The notes beneath the pieces are model-generated. The model was not told the DNA's origin. It did no database searches and saw only the letters and a list, made by a program, of their open reading frames with translations. The position numbers were made by a program, and so were the translations under genes. This document shows positions 26,002-39,335 of a stretch of 64,000 nucleotides of DNA, in pieces. The DNA is from Octopus vulgaris (lineage: Eukaryota): assembly GCA_951406725.2 (NCBI GenBank), contig OX597827.1, positions 1,860,001-1,924,000 of the forward strand. The letters are read 5' to 3'. Within the stretch, counting starts at the first letter, position 1; each line of letters begins with the position of its first letter.

Positions 26002-28409
26002 ACACGCACACACACACACAAACACATACACACAGAGAGGCACGATGGACTTCCACGCGGTTTCCATCTACTGAATTCATTTACAAGACGTTAGTCAGTT
26101 TGGGGCTACAGAAGAAAAGACTTTTGTGCCAAGAAACGCACATTCGCAAGAAACCCCAAACCACGTCGTTTCAAAGCGAACACAGTTGCAGTATTTTGTC
26201 CGACAGTACCGATATCCCACTTTCAACTTACCTGTAATAAAGTAATAATAAAAATGAATTACATAAAAATCATGTTATGCGGGTATTTTAAAAATACTTC
26301 TCGGAGTAACGACTGTGTCCTGTATAGTTATGGGTTGCCCCTTAGCAAGACCTGTTCAGTCACCCTGCTAGGGATATGGTAAAGTCATGGGACTGCGGGA
26401 TGGCAGATTGTGGAGAGGTAGCAGAAGAGGTCAACTAAGTCAACGGTGTTTCTTACGTTGAGGAATCGAAGATGATCAACAGACAGGATCACCAAGTTCT
26501 ATCAAGTGAGTGACTGCAATGCATCCATAGGGGTGGCATCCATGGTTGTGCAATCAGCTAATGAAAGATTCACCGTGATTCAGGCTCCTGATTCAAATTC
26601 GTAATAATGCTATTGGATGGCGCCAGAGAGTCTTGGGAATTCGCAAAAAACAGCGAAATATAAACATTATATCATAGTAAAAACATAGCCTTTTTGAGAT
26701 CAAATCCTGCTGGGAGGGAATTTTGCATCTTTTATTTCCTGGAACGATAAAATATTTGGAGAGCTAAAATCACGCAAATCGATTACTCCTTCACTTCAAA
26801 ATAGTTGGTCTTCTACCAATATTAGACATAAATATTCTTTCTACTACAGACACAAAGGCCTGGAATTTTGGGGACAGGAGTTAGTCTATTATATCGACTC
26901 TACAACTCAATTACTCCTTATTTTATGAGCCCCGAGGCGATGAAAAACAAAGTCGATCTCAGCGGAATTTGAAATTCGAACGTAAAATCAGAAGAAATGC
27001 CGTGCTTTACGGTTCTGCCAGATCGCTGCCTTTGAGGAAATTAAATTATTGATTTCAAATCTTGGCACACGGCCAGCAATTTCGAGGGAGGGGATAAGTC
27101 GATTACATAGACCCCAGTACTCAACTGGTACTAATTTTATAGAGCCCGAAAAGATGAAAAGCAAAGCCAACCTCGACAGAATTTGAACTCAGAACGGAAA
27201 GTTGGAAAAAAAGTCGCTAAGTATTTTCCCGCTGTGCTAACAATTCTGCCAGTTCACCGCTTTCGAAGAAATTGCTATTGGTATACTTCGTTATATCTTT
27301 TTATATTCATCTATAATTATTATCTTTTCAATAATTGATAATTCATCTTACATAGTTATTAACTAAATCAATATCTAAAAAGAGGGAGGATAGAAGAAAT
27401 TGATAAACATACTTTCCTTTTATTGGCAGCCATTTTTTTTCTAAGGGATTAATAAATGAGCTTTTACACTCGTGAGATGGGTGTAAGAGTAGATCAACGA
27501 TATTGCTGCCTTCCGATATTGCTGTCAATACCTTTTGGAGAAAAGTACCAGAAAGAATAGTTCGGAAATTTAATGTAGAAAATATTAAATGTTTCGGGCA
27601 AAATTTTCTTTCACCCAACACCTTGCACATGAGGTATTGATAGCTATTTCGGAAGTCCCCCGATTAACAATTACACCTGTCCTACGAATATAATAGTTTA
27701 TTTATTCATCTTTTGTAAATAAAAAAATTTCGTTTTCCATAATAGGAAAGTACAAATGCAGCGAACTTGCCGAATCGTTAGCACTGGGCAAAATGCTTAG
27801 CGGCATCTCGCCCGCCTTTACTTTCTGAGTTCAATTTCCGCCGATGTTGACTTTGCCTTTCATTCTGATCGGGGTCGATAAAATAAGTACCAGGGGTCGA
27901 TGTGATAGACTTGCCCCTCCTCCGAATTAGCTGGTCTTGTGCCAAAATTTGATAGCGACAATAGGAAAGTACATTGATAAATTTCAAAAAACGAAAGGCA
28001 TAAAGGCTCAACATGAGCTAATATATATATATATATATATATATAAACACACTAGCTTACACAGGGCGAGTTGGTCGCTAGAGCGTATGATATAATGTCT
28101 CATAATATGTTATGCCTCTCTGAAGTCTGAGATCAAATCTTCATTTGCATGTCCTTTCGGAGTCGATGAAAATAAATTATCAATTTAGCGTGATGGATTG
28201 GCGGAATTGTGAGGATGTCGGACTGAATGTCTTGCGAAATTATCACAGCTCTTTGAGTTCCGAATCTAAATATCATCATGGTTCATTTGGATGGTAGCGT
28301 GGGTACTTTTCTCCTATCTCGCAACCAGTTTCAGAGGCTCTATAAGGCATTGCCTTTCTACCTAGCTGAAAGATAAGCAAAGCTAAAGATATGAAAGTGA
28401 ATGAAAGCC

Positions 28410-28885
28410 GTGAACATAAACTGTAACATAAAATATGAAAATATACTTCAGTCTGAACCATAAGCATAAACTGAACACAAACCATATACATAGACTGAAC
28501 ATAAGCCATCAATAACATATTTTCTACATATGTCATAGACATATATTCAACATAAACTATAAGCATACTTTCCACATAAATCATAAACATGGATTCGAAA
28601 TAAACCATAAACAAAATGAACCTAAGTCATAGATAGATATATATATTCAACTTAAAGCATAAACATATATTTAGAAATACACGATAACCATAAACTGAAC
28701 ATAAAACATAGGTTAAAGTAATAAACATCTCAATCATAAACATATATTCGACATCGACCATAAACATAAATTCGACGTAGCCATAAACGTATATTGGACA
28801 TCGATCATGAACATGTATTCCACGTATATTATAAACATAAATTTTACATAACCATAAACATATATTCAACACAAACCATAAACAC
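28410..28885 (+). repeat. Degenerate approximately 24-bp tandem minisatellite (ataaacatatattcaacataaacc-like)
   Basis: Many imperfect units recur through the interval. Confidence 0.75.
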
Positions 28886-29139
28886 ATGTTCAGCATCCTT
28901 AAACAAACCTTAATCGGAGACCTTTTTGAGTGAGACGGGCTACTCAACCTGAAGAAAATTCTAACTGGGCCCCACTTGCAAGGTCTTGTACTGTTTACCT
29001 TGATATAGGATCACTATGTCGTGCACATATGGTTGTGATGCATGTATCTGGTTGTTACCCTTATCAGACGGGTAGTCATGATGGGTTCGTATATTTGTAC
29101 CCCAGTATTACTTTGATGATATGCACTTCTCTCTCACTC

Positions 29140-29140
<1 letters not shown>
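28885..29140 (+). mobile_element. (TAA)n-associated non-coding retroposon (family D), 5'-truncated
   Basis: Homologous to 29530-29789; ends ctctctcactc(aat)n. Confidence 0.85.
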
Positions 29141-29216
<76 letters not shown>

Positions 29217-29230
29217 TAATAATAATAATA

Positions 29231-29789
29231 AATGCCCTGATGCAGTACCAGGTAGTGGCTCTCATGGCATCTGATCTTAACTGATTGGAAGTGTTATCAT
29301 GTACATTGTTTTGTCTTGGTAGAAAAGATGGGTTACAGCAAATATTCTGCTCAATACCACAGACTTGCTTATAAGTTGTTTGACTTTAACCAGTTGAGCA
29401 TGTCCCTTTGTGGCTGACGATATGTGCATCTCTGATCACGAGCAGAAGTAGTGGGGGAGCATCATAGCCATGTGTTGAGAGGGATTCTTTGGGGTTTGAA
29501 TAATTCACCTCTTGGAAACATGGGTGTTTCGTTCAACATCCTTAAACAACCCTTATTCAGGGACCCTTTGAGCGGGATGGGTTACTCGACCAGAAGAAAA
29601 TTCTAACTGGACCCCACCTGCAAGGCTATGTGCTGTTTATCTTGATATGAAATCACCATGTCGCGCACATATGGTTGTGATGCATGTGTCTAGTGTACCC
29701 TTATCAGACGGGTAGTCATGATGGATATACTGAGCTTCGTATATTTTACCCCAGTGTCACTATGATGGCATGAACTGCTCTCTCACTCA
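29231..29789 (+). mobile_element. (TAA)n-associated non-coding retroposon (family D), longest copy, about 560 bp
   Basis: Flanked by (AAT)n on both sides; its 3' portion is shared with the copies at 28885, 36758 and 59576. Confidence 0.85.
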
Positions 29790-29895
29790 ATAATAATAAT
29801 AATAATAATAATGATAATAATAATAATAATAATAATGATGATGATGATGATGATGATGACAACGACGACGGTGACGATGATGACGATGATGACGA

Positions 29896-29929
<34 letters not shown>

Positions 29930-29950
29930 GGTCATGATGGTGATGGTGGC

Positions 29951-30001
<51 letters not shown>

Positions 30002-31129
30002 ATTAGTAATTTTACTCAATATTACCCCAATATGCTATACAAACACATATTCTCTCTTGATTTGTGTATTCAGCATTGGAATATTTTCTGTATTACTAAT
30101 TGTTATAGACACCAATGTCTGATTGATTGTTTTCTTACGTGCCTTAGTATTTGTGTGTCTGTGGATATGTATGTTTGTTCATGAGTTTGCCCGTGCATAT
30201 ACATGTTTGTATGCGTACGTGTGTATATGTGTGTGCGTGTGTGTGTGTGTGTGTGAATATTTTAATACCTTATTAAAATTTTTGCTGGTGTAACTACTTT
30301 TCCATTTACCCTTCACCTGTAGAATTACGAACCAGTGAAAGGTAATTCAATGTGGTTGCACCATATGCTACAAATGCTACCGAAATCTCCAAATTCCACT
30401 TTGTAATACAGCAATCTCCCTCTGAACCTAACCGCTTGTGCGTACCGAGCCGGTAGGTGCGAACCTGGCTTCTTTTTCAGGGGAATCTAAGACGAGTGAG
30501 ATTGGAAACGAAGCGCAAAAACAAACAAACATAAATACAAAAACACAAAACCTGAGTCAGATGACTTTACATCACATGCTCAAACAATAAACTTCATAAA
30601 ATACAACAAACCTTGTTCATCAATGCTGCCGTAGAATAAATCGATGATTAACTTGAACCTGGGATTCTTGAAGATCTTGCGCTTACTTATCTAGGATGCG
30701 TACTTAAGTGGGATGCGTACTTTATTAAAATAGCAAAGAATGGATACATTCATTTTTTGATTAATATCGCTGGGTGGCAAGGATTTTATATCATGAAAAA
30801 CTAACTTTAAAATCAAGTTTCGTCATAATGAATATAGGGAAGTTTATTTTGGAGCTAACATGTAGTTTAATGGTCTAAAAAATGTAAATTGATTAAAAAA
30901 ATGAAAGTAAATTGACCGGAAGTGACTACGGTGATATACTTTAATTTCATGTAAAAAAGTGCATGTTACATAACCAATGAATACAACGTACATATATTTA
31001 ATATAAGATGAAACCATACATATAATTTTATATAAGGTGAATATCTTTATGTATTTTTTATAGATGAAAACAACCACAATATTATGGGAAAGCAGGACAA
31101 TCATTGATGCACGAAAGAAATTCGAGTAT

Positions 31130-31540
31130 AGTTCCTCACGATCATCGTGTCTGCTCATGAAGATATGATTTAAATAAATCATTACTAGTCCTACATTGGT
31201 ACCTGAGTTCCATCGTGGCGAACATTCATCGCCTTTCTTTACTCTATATATGGTTGCTGTCATCGTTTAGCTCAACAAAATTGAGTGAAGGTTCGACAAT
31301 TTCATGAGTATAGAAGTTCTCTAAACTCTCGTATAGAGTCAACCCATATCAAACGTGTTCCTGGCAATATACAATGCTTTTTAATAAACCAAAATGTTGG
31401 AGTATACGACTGAGGTGCTCAATTAGGCAGCATTTGCCTTTGCCCCTTTCTACTGCATCAGGCAAGTACCAATACATTTCATATCACTCTCTTCTGTGCA
31501 TATATTTGGATTCATAAGTGTGAGAACAAAATTTGCTTAG
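31130..31540 (-). pseudogene. Merlin / ISXO2-like (IS1595 family) DDE transposase relic
   Basis: Manual translation across frameshifts gives AVERGKGKCCLIE..IKKHCILPGTR..YESLENFYTHEIVEPSLNFVE..NHI*SKERR*..LFKSYLHE. This follows the VER / ILPGT / HxxVNHSxNFVD / HTQxIExxW / YLxEF motif order. Confidence 0.6.
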
Positions 31541-31949
31541 GGGATGAAAACCCGAGCCCAAACCTTTTTTTCATGAACAAAGTCGATTTCCCAATCTTAA
31601 TATCAAAACAAACAAAGATAATAATAATTATTATTGTACATCAATCGAATTAGATAAATCCAATAACGGGAAAGTAATGTTTCAAATTAGTCCAAAAATG
31701 TTTCTATGTTTAATAGTTTCGGCGATAAAGTTTTTCAGGATGATGTTCACAGCGTTTTCATTGCCCCCCATAAGAAAAAAAAAGAAGAAAATATTAGGGG
31801 TTCGCTGCCCCTCCCCTTCATCACTTGTTCTTGATCCGATGTTTGGATTCGTTATTTCTACGGTAACGGAACATTCTGCATCGTTCAATCTACCGTGATG
31901 CTGTGGAATGAACACCAAAATGCTGCTCATAGACATCTCTCAGGAAACA

Positions 31950-32310
31950 TGTTTGGAAAGTTGAGCGTCATCAATTCACCGAAGAGCAAGTTCGCCGTCA
32001 TCACTTTACCGTTTTTTCTTTTTTTAACTATTAATGGTAAGATACTAATTCCGCCGAGATCCCCTTTGCCATTCACCCTTTCCATATCGATAAAATAAAT
32101 ACCAGTTGAATAGGGAGGTCGATGTCATTGGCTTGCCCCCCCCCCCCCCACCACCACCACAAAGACAATTGCTGGCTTTGTGTCAGAATGTGAAACCAAC
32201 GGTGAGACATTATGGATATACTCTCTCTCGATAAACTTTCCTCGAGGTAAACTTTGGTGAATTGATGGCGATGAACTTTCCCTGCGGTGAACTGATGGCG
32301 GTTAACTTAA
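31950..32310. mobile_element. Small inverted-repeat element (MITE-like) with internally repeated arms, interrupted by a family A SINE
   Basis: The reverse complement of 31957-32010 (ggtaaagtgatgacggcgaactt..ggtgaattgatgacg) resembles 32245-32310 (ggtgaattgatggcgatgaactt..ggtgaactgatggcgg). Confidence 0.55.
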
Positions 32311-33802
32311 CTGCAATCCTCAGGAAACTGCACCAATTAATAACTGCATTATTACATACTGTTCAAAAATCATTTTGTCCAGCAGATGGTCCCTTACCCC
32401 AATGTGCATCAGTTGAATTATTATTAGTAAAGCCAAATGGTTCTTCTCAAGAATGTGAATTGGCTCATATAGTCCGAGGGAACCCACAGGAACGACGCTT
32501 CTGCTTCCTGCTGCTTTCATTCTCTGAAGCTCATTAATCGTGCCGGATTATGGCGTTGTTCGCGTGGAACTGTGTTGGCTACCATCTGTAAACATGCAAC
32601 TCACTGAATTACATTCTCAGTGGAGTTCGTCGTTGAGTAAATTTGGTTGGAACTGTTATCTCAGCTATTATTTCTAAAAATACTTATCACTTAAAGGTGC
32701 TTTATATGTAGGTGCCCGTGGGTGCCGCATGATGGTTGAGTTTCTTTTACGTTCTCTTTAAGAATTCGTGGGACTCCCTGTTGTCATTTCCGGTTTCTGT
32801 CGACATTTGCTTTCACTTTTTTAGGGCACCAAACTGCAGGTGAACCTATTATTGTTTTGGTAAATGATCATTGATAAAGAAAAAGTGGGGGGGGGGGGAG
32901 GGGAAAGAATTAACAGAAAGGTGTGCAAGCATCTAACAAGGATGCAAACACGCAAGGAAGCAAAATAAATAAATAAATAAATAAATATATGAATAAATAA
33001 GTAAATAAAAATTGTGACTGTTTTAAAAAATATCGTGGCTCTAAAATTGTTAGATGGTGGCAGAATAAAACGATGACGGTTGTATAATGATATCTAAATA
33101 AAGGGATGAGTAAAACATTTATATATTTATATATCGAACAAAAAATGCTGTAGCGTGATAGCGGCAGGAAAGGGATAAATCGCGTATCACCGGGGGCGGA
33201 GTGGAGACAATAGAAGCAGAGGAGGAGGAGGAGGAAAAGAGAGAGAGAGAGAGAGAGAGAGAGGGTGAGAGAGAGAATGAGTCGATGATGAAAATCGAAG
33301 TGTCCACTCTTTCTTTCAGCCATTAGGCTAGCTAGCACATTAACGATTGGGAACACCTGCAGATATATCGCTAATAGGTAATAAAACAACCGACAAAGAA
33401 TGACACCGTATCGATACACACACACACACACACACACACATACACATACACAAACACAAACCTATATATATATATATATACACGCATGTATATATGTGTA
33501 TGTGTGAGAGAAAGAGGGAGAGAGGTGGAAAATCTGTTAGTGCTTGTTGTATGTGTGTTATTGAATAAATAATTAAAAGAGTCTTCTAAATGATGTTTGG
33601 TGAGCCGAAGAGATGTTTAGCTGATAAAGTCTTTGATAACAACTGTCATTTATTAATATGAACAATAAAAACAGTTGTACCATAAATGTTTTTCGCTTTT
33701 TCTTTTTTTCTTTTGACGCACACAACAAAAGCTTCGGACTCGAAGCATAGAGAGATATAGACGATTGACTTTACATTCAGATTACTATCTAGTTTAACAA
33801 TC

Positions 33803-33866
<64 letters not shown>

Positions 33867-34142
33867 CAACAACAACAACAACAAACGACAATAATAACAA
33901 CAACAACAGTAATAAACAATAATTATTATTACTTTTATCAGGTTTTTAACACTTTTATGAGAGTTTTTATTTCACAGCTAGGTGTACCTCCATGTTGCTT
34001 TGCTGAGGTATGTTCATCATTATATTCTGCAGATATAGAATTGTGTTTCATCTGTTCGGCTTTGTTGTGAGCTTTGTTTTTGTTGTTTCTGGTGTTGTTG
34101 TTTCATTGTTTTGTCTGTGTGTTTGTTATGTGGAATATGGTG

Positions 34143-34188
<46 letters not shown>

Positions 34189-35339
34189 TGTGTGTGTGTA
34201 TGTGTGTGAAGGCCCGCAGCATAATAGCTAAGGTGTCACAGATACGGTCGTAAGAGCGTGGTTTAGATTTCTAGATTGGGCAGCGCGTAATGTTTCATGA
34301 GAAAACCATTTCATTTCATGTTGCTCCGGTCCAACCCCGCCCTCCTCAAAAACGAGTTCAAGCCATAGCTGAGGAAGTTAACCCTACAACGGAGAGGTGC
34401 ACAGTTCAAAGAGAATTGTAAATTTCAGTCACTGTTACGCCTTATCGGTTCAAGCTCCGGCCTTATGACTCTTAGAGCTCATGGCAAACCCAACGGGGTA
34501 TTTGTATGTTAGTATGTGTTGACTGAATTGTTTTATTTTTGTGGGTACTGAGTCGTATCATATCTATTGTGTGAGCTGTACTGTGTGCAATGTTCTCTCT
34601 AATCTATGTGATTGTGGGCGCGCATGCATGTTTCCTAACTAGCAGACGAAGGGGAAAATATGCACACACAACATTTTTCAAGATGGAATAGAATTCTTTA
34701 AATTGAAGATTATTACTTGCCTAGATACATATATAATTTGCAAAGAAAGACAAAATTTGCGAGCGAGAAAATTTTAGGGAAACATAGGTGATGCGCAATA
34801 ATTATTCTTTCTAATTTTAATTGGCATTATTTTATCGACCACAAAAGATGAAATGCAAATTTTACCTCAGTGGTATTTGAACTCAGTACGTAAGAAGCGG
34901 AAGAAATCTTTTACTTGTTTCAGTCATTAGATAGCGGCCATGCTGGGGCCTCACAGTGAAGAATTTTACTCAAATGCATCAACTCCAATACTTACTTTTC
35001 AAAAGTCTGGTACTTATTTTATCGGTCTCTTAGGGTGTACCGCATAATCTACAGGAGCGTAAACACACCAACACCAGTTGTTAAGCGGAGATGTTGGACA
35101 AACACAGACATACACACACTCACACACACACGCATACACACATACAAACACACACATACATGTAAATATATAGATATATACATACAACGGGCTTCTTTCA
35201 GTTTCCGTCTACCAAATCCACTCACAAGGCTTTGGTCGGCTCGAGGCTATAGTAGAAGACACTTGCCCAGGCCTATATGGTTGGTAACTAAACTTCTCGG
35301 CCATCTTAGTCAGTAATTTTTGTTGATCGCCAGGAAGTG

Positions 35340-35480
35340 TATTCTAGCAGTTCTGATTTTGACCTTACGATCAAAAGGTCGTGGATTCGTTTCCAGCAAG
35401 AGGGCAGCACGTTGTGTCCTTGAGCAATAGTCTTCTTTTGAAATTGCTCCGGTTTACTCAGATGAAAATGCGTACCAATC
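35340..35480 (+). mobile_element. Old tRNA/CORE-like SINE fragment (related copy about 34210-34360)
   Basis: Degenerate tRNA head followed by gttgtgtccttgagcaa..ttgctccgg..actcag. Confidence 0.55.
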
Positions 35481-35670
35481 TAGCGCTTGTGCGGCCCTGG
35501 TACTGCGTACCAATCTAGCGCATGTGCAGCCCTGGTACTGCGTACCAATCTAGCGCATGTGCAGCCCTGGTACTGCGTACCAATCTAGCGCATGTGCAGC
35601 CCTGGTACTGCGTACCAATCTAGCGCATGTGCAGTCCTGGTACTGCGTACCAATCTAGTGCTTGTGCAGC
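35469..35670 (+). repeat. Tandem repeat, 35-bp unit, about 5.8 copies
   Basis: Unit tgcgtaccaatctagcgcatgtgcagccctggtac starts at 35469, 35504, 35539, 35574, 35609 and 35644, with few substitutions and no spacers. Confidence 0.95.
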
Positions 35671-35847
35671 TTTGTTTTCTACTAGTGGCCACATCCTGGA
35701 TATTCCGCTGGGTCAAGAGTTGGAAGGGCTAAGGGTGTGTTTACGTCTGTTTGCGACCAGAAAAAGCAATTAGCGAAAGCTTGTTACACGTTACCAAGAT
35801 ATCCTTGCTTGCGAGTGACAGCTAATATTTAGATCAGTAAGTGATCC

Positions 35848-36030
35848 TTATATCATTATATCCATATTATCCGCATTAAATTTTGCAGTATGAAAGTATG
35901 TTATATTCTTCTGTTCACATGAAAGTGTGTTGTTTACATCTAGGAAGCTCTTATCCGTTCTGGTAATATCAATCTTAATGCCTTCTATATTATAGGTAAA
36001 CAAATTATGAGTCTGTAGTTGGGGGATTGG
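35848..36030 (-). pseudogene. Possible LINE APE endonuclease N-terminal relic
   Basis: LFTYNIEGIK..SFL..TLSCEQK loosely resembles the xTxNIxG..CLQE motifs. The match is weak. Confidence 0.3.
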
Positions 36031-36757
36031 GTGGAGATATGGGATTTCTTTAGTTTTGTGAATTAAGGAGATTACCATAGCAATGGTTTCTTTTATCTCC
36101 ATAATTCTAAAAACATAGAAGACATGAAAAGTATTTCTTGTACTTGCTGGGGATCAGAAGGAACTCACTGTCTCCTGGTTTTCTTACTCTTGACTTTAGA
36201 TTCGGCGATATAATTTGATGTAGGCTTGCTCTTACCGAAGAACCCTTTCACTATCAACATTGTTATTCGTCGACTGACCTTATTTTTATAGAAATCGTTG
36301 GAGCGCCGGACAAGAGGCTTTGCAGTATTTCCGTTTCTTTACGTTCTTAGTTCGAATCCTGCAGATGTTAACTTAGTCATTTTTAGCCTTTCGGGGTCGC
36401 AATATAAAATAGCAGTCAAGTGCACCACCCGATGTACTTCACTAATTCCTCCCTTCAAAACTGCTGGCATTGTGTCAAGTACCAGTCATTTACTGAGGTC
36501 AATGATACCGACTAAAATTAATAGCTGTTAATAAAGAGAGCTGGATGGGCAGAAGTGTTGAATAGTCGGACAAAATGGCTTACAGTGTTTCTTACGGCTC
36601 CTTACATTCTGATTTCATCTACCTTCATGATTAATGTTGCCTTTCAGCACCTCGGGTCGATAAAATAAGTATCAATCGAACACTGCGATCGATGTAATCG
36701 ACTTACTCCCTATCCCCGAAATTACTGACTTTGTGTCAAAATCGTTATTATTATTAT

Positions 36758-36956
36758 TGAGTGAGAGAGCAGTGCATGCCATCAAAGTGACACTGGGGTA
36801 AAAAATACGAAACCCAATATACCCATCATGACTACCTGTCTGATAAGGGTGCATCAGACACATGCATCACAACCATGTGTGCAAGACACGGTGATCTCAT
36901 ATCCAGATAAACAATGCATGACCTTGCAGGTAGGTCCCACTTGGAATTTTCTTCAG
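36758..36956 (-). mobile_element. Family D retroposon, 5'-truncated
   Basis: Reverse complement of about 29590-29789; its 3' end abuts (TAA)n. Confidence 0.85.
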
Positions 36957-37096
36957 TTTGTCGTCGTCGACATCGTCGTTGTTATTGTTATTGTTGTTGT
37001 TGTCGTTGTTGCGAATGCAGCATATGGCAGGATCTGTAGAATTACTGCCAGTATGACATACAGTATTTTTCGATGTTGTTGTTGTTGTTGTTATTA

Positions 37097-37170
<74 letters not shown>

Positions 37171-37269
37171 GTGTCAGATCGACATGACGTCGCCAGTCTT
37201 ATTTTTTTTTCTATCGTTATTGTCACAACAAATTCTCTGATGAATTACCCTTTAGTTCCAGGTGATTTT

Positions 37270-37462
37270 GTATCATTTCTCCTGACTCACCGCGTCTTCA
37301 TCCAAATGCTTTTGTATTTCAACGAATAAGGAAATCTTAGTACGGTCGGAGGTTTTTCCTCGAACTGCCGCCCTTTGGAACTCTCTTGCATTTCATTGTC
37401 TTCCTCTTTCTTATGACTGGAACTCTTTCGAGTCTAAGGTAGATTCGTTTCCTTATAGTCCC
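37270..37462 (+). mobile_element. CR1/L2/Jockey-like LINE ORF2 C-terminal fragment
   Basis: Manual translation HPNAF..YGRRFF(P)RTAALWNSLA..LPLSYDWNSFESKV matches the FFxRxxxxWNxLP terminal motif. Confidence 0.6.
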
Positions 37463-37579
37463 TTATATTACGTGGCTTCTGACCTTGTTTGTGACACGCT
37501 CTGTTGACGGTATTAACTCGTATGCGAGTAGTTGATCTGTAGCGAGTGATTGAGGCCCTTCAACCTGATGAGTGCAAAA

Positions 37580-38050
37580 GGTACAGTTGCCCCAGTTCAG
37601 ATCAAGGACAGTATAGAAGAACCGGGGGAATTTATCGCAGGGGAGAGTTGGTGGGGGACGAGGAAGTGCGAGTCGATCTTTGTGTCTTCGAAGTCTGATT
37701 TCTGTCTCTTGGCGTCTGTTGTTTTCCATCTGGACCGTTTCCTTGATACTGCCACTCTGATCGGTCCTTGGCGATGGTCTCTCAGCAATTTGGGTCACCG
37801 GAACAGAGGAGGAGAGTGGCTTTGAGCTGGTCTCGGAATTTTGGTGGCTCCGCGTGGTCCGGTGCCTGAGGTCAACTTCACAAAAAAGGAGCTGACGTAT
37901 GATGTGACTTATACATACATACATGCATATCCTTGGGCCTCCGTCGGTCATGGCTGACCATGGATGGTGTCATCCGTCCGTTGAGTTGTCTATTCAGTTT
38001 TTGCAACGCCTCCTGTGGCTGTAGAGACCGATGTGAGAGTGGTAGTCTCG
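37580..38050 (-). mobile_element. RTE-clade LINE C-terminal fragment
   Basis: [44 protein letters not shown] follows the order of RTE/BovB-type C-terminal motifs, with a degenerate zinc finger. Confidence 0.65.
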
Positions 38051-38079
38051 TACGTACATACATACATAGACACACACAC

Positions 38080-38112
<33 letters not shown>

Positions 38113-38162
38113 CATACATACATACATACATACATACATACATACATACATTCATATATATA

Positions 38163-38237
<75 letters not shown>

Positions 38238-38746
38238 GATCTTGGTGGGATTTGATCTCAGAACATAGTGATCCTGAACAAATATAATGCAAAGCAATTG
38301 ATCAGACATTCTAACGACTGTGCCATTCATAATGAAAAAACTGTATGGCGCGTTGAGTGAGATATTCTGTTTTTATTATTTCCAGCAGAACAAACGAGCT
38401 TGAAGAGAATCGATATAGTACCAGTAATATGCGGTGAAAACTAGCTACATCAAGCCCACTAAATTTGCGGTTTTACGCGAATATTAAAAATCTTTAATCA
38501 CTGTTATGCCATTGTAATCAGTCATTTATGGTTGTAAAGTGATGTCGATAATTAGAGACAAACAAACATTGCCTGATTGTGTGTTTGTGTTCGCGGTGTT
38601 TACACAGTTAATTGCTTGTCCATTTACCTTCGACAAGATCTGCTGAAAAAGTGTGTATTTGCATTCGTACGTGTGTGTAGGTGTGTCTGTGTTGGTTGTG
38701 TGTAAGTGAGACACAGGGAGAGAGTATGCATAAATAAATACATTGA

Positions 38747-38853
<107 letters not shown>

Positions 38854-38864
38854 ACATATGTATG

Positions 38865-39044
<180 letters not shown>

Positions 39045-39261
39045 TACATATATATATATATATGCATGTATATAACAACGTCGGTGGAACAGAAAACAGA
39101 ACTAAGTGCCGTAGTGCCTTGGTGGTTGTGTTGTGGTGATAGTTCGATAGTTAGCGTTGAATTAACGTTTAACAAGAGTCTATTTACTAGATGGACTGTC
39201 CACTCTTTTATATTCAGCATTCATCATAATTTGGCATGGAAACTCAAACAGCTATAAGGGA

Positions 39262-39335
<74 letters not shown>

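Noticed and set aside
27580-27630. Minus-strand 8-bp stem followed by GAAAcat
   Set aside because: There is no recognisable CUGANGA box.
32340-32700. Minus-strand INELQRMKAAGSRSVVP resembling the LINE KAxGxDGI motif
   Set aside because: It is a single weak motif, insufficient to annotate.
35469-35670. CRISPR-like 35-bp repeats
   Set aside because: The units are head-to-tail with no unique spacers, there are no cas genes, and the context is eukaryotic.
37560-37600. CTGATGA-gtgc..gtac stem
   Set aside because: It is not followed by GAAA and lies at the edge of a LINE relic.
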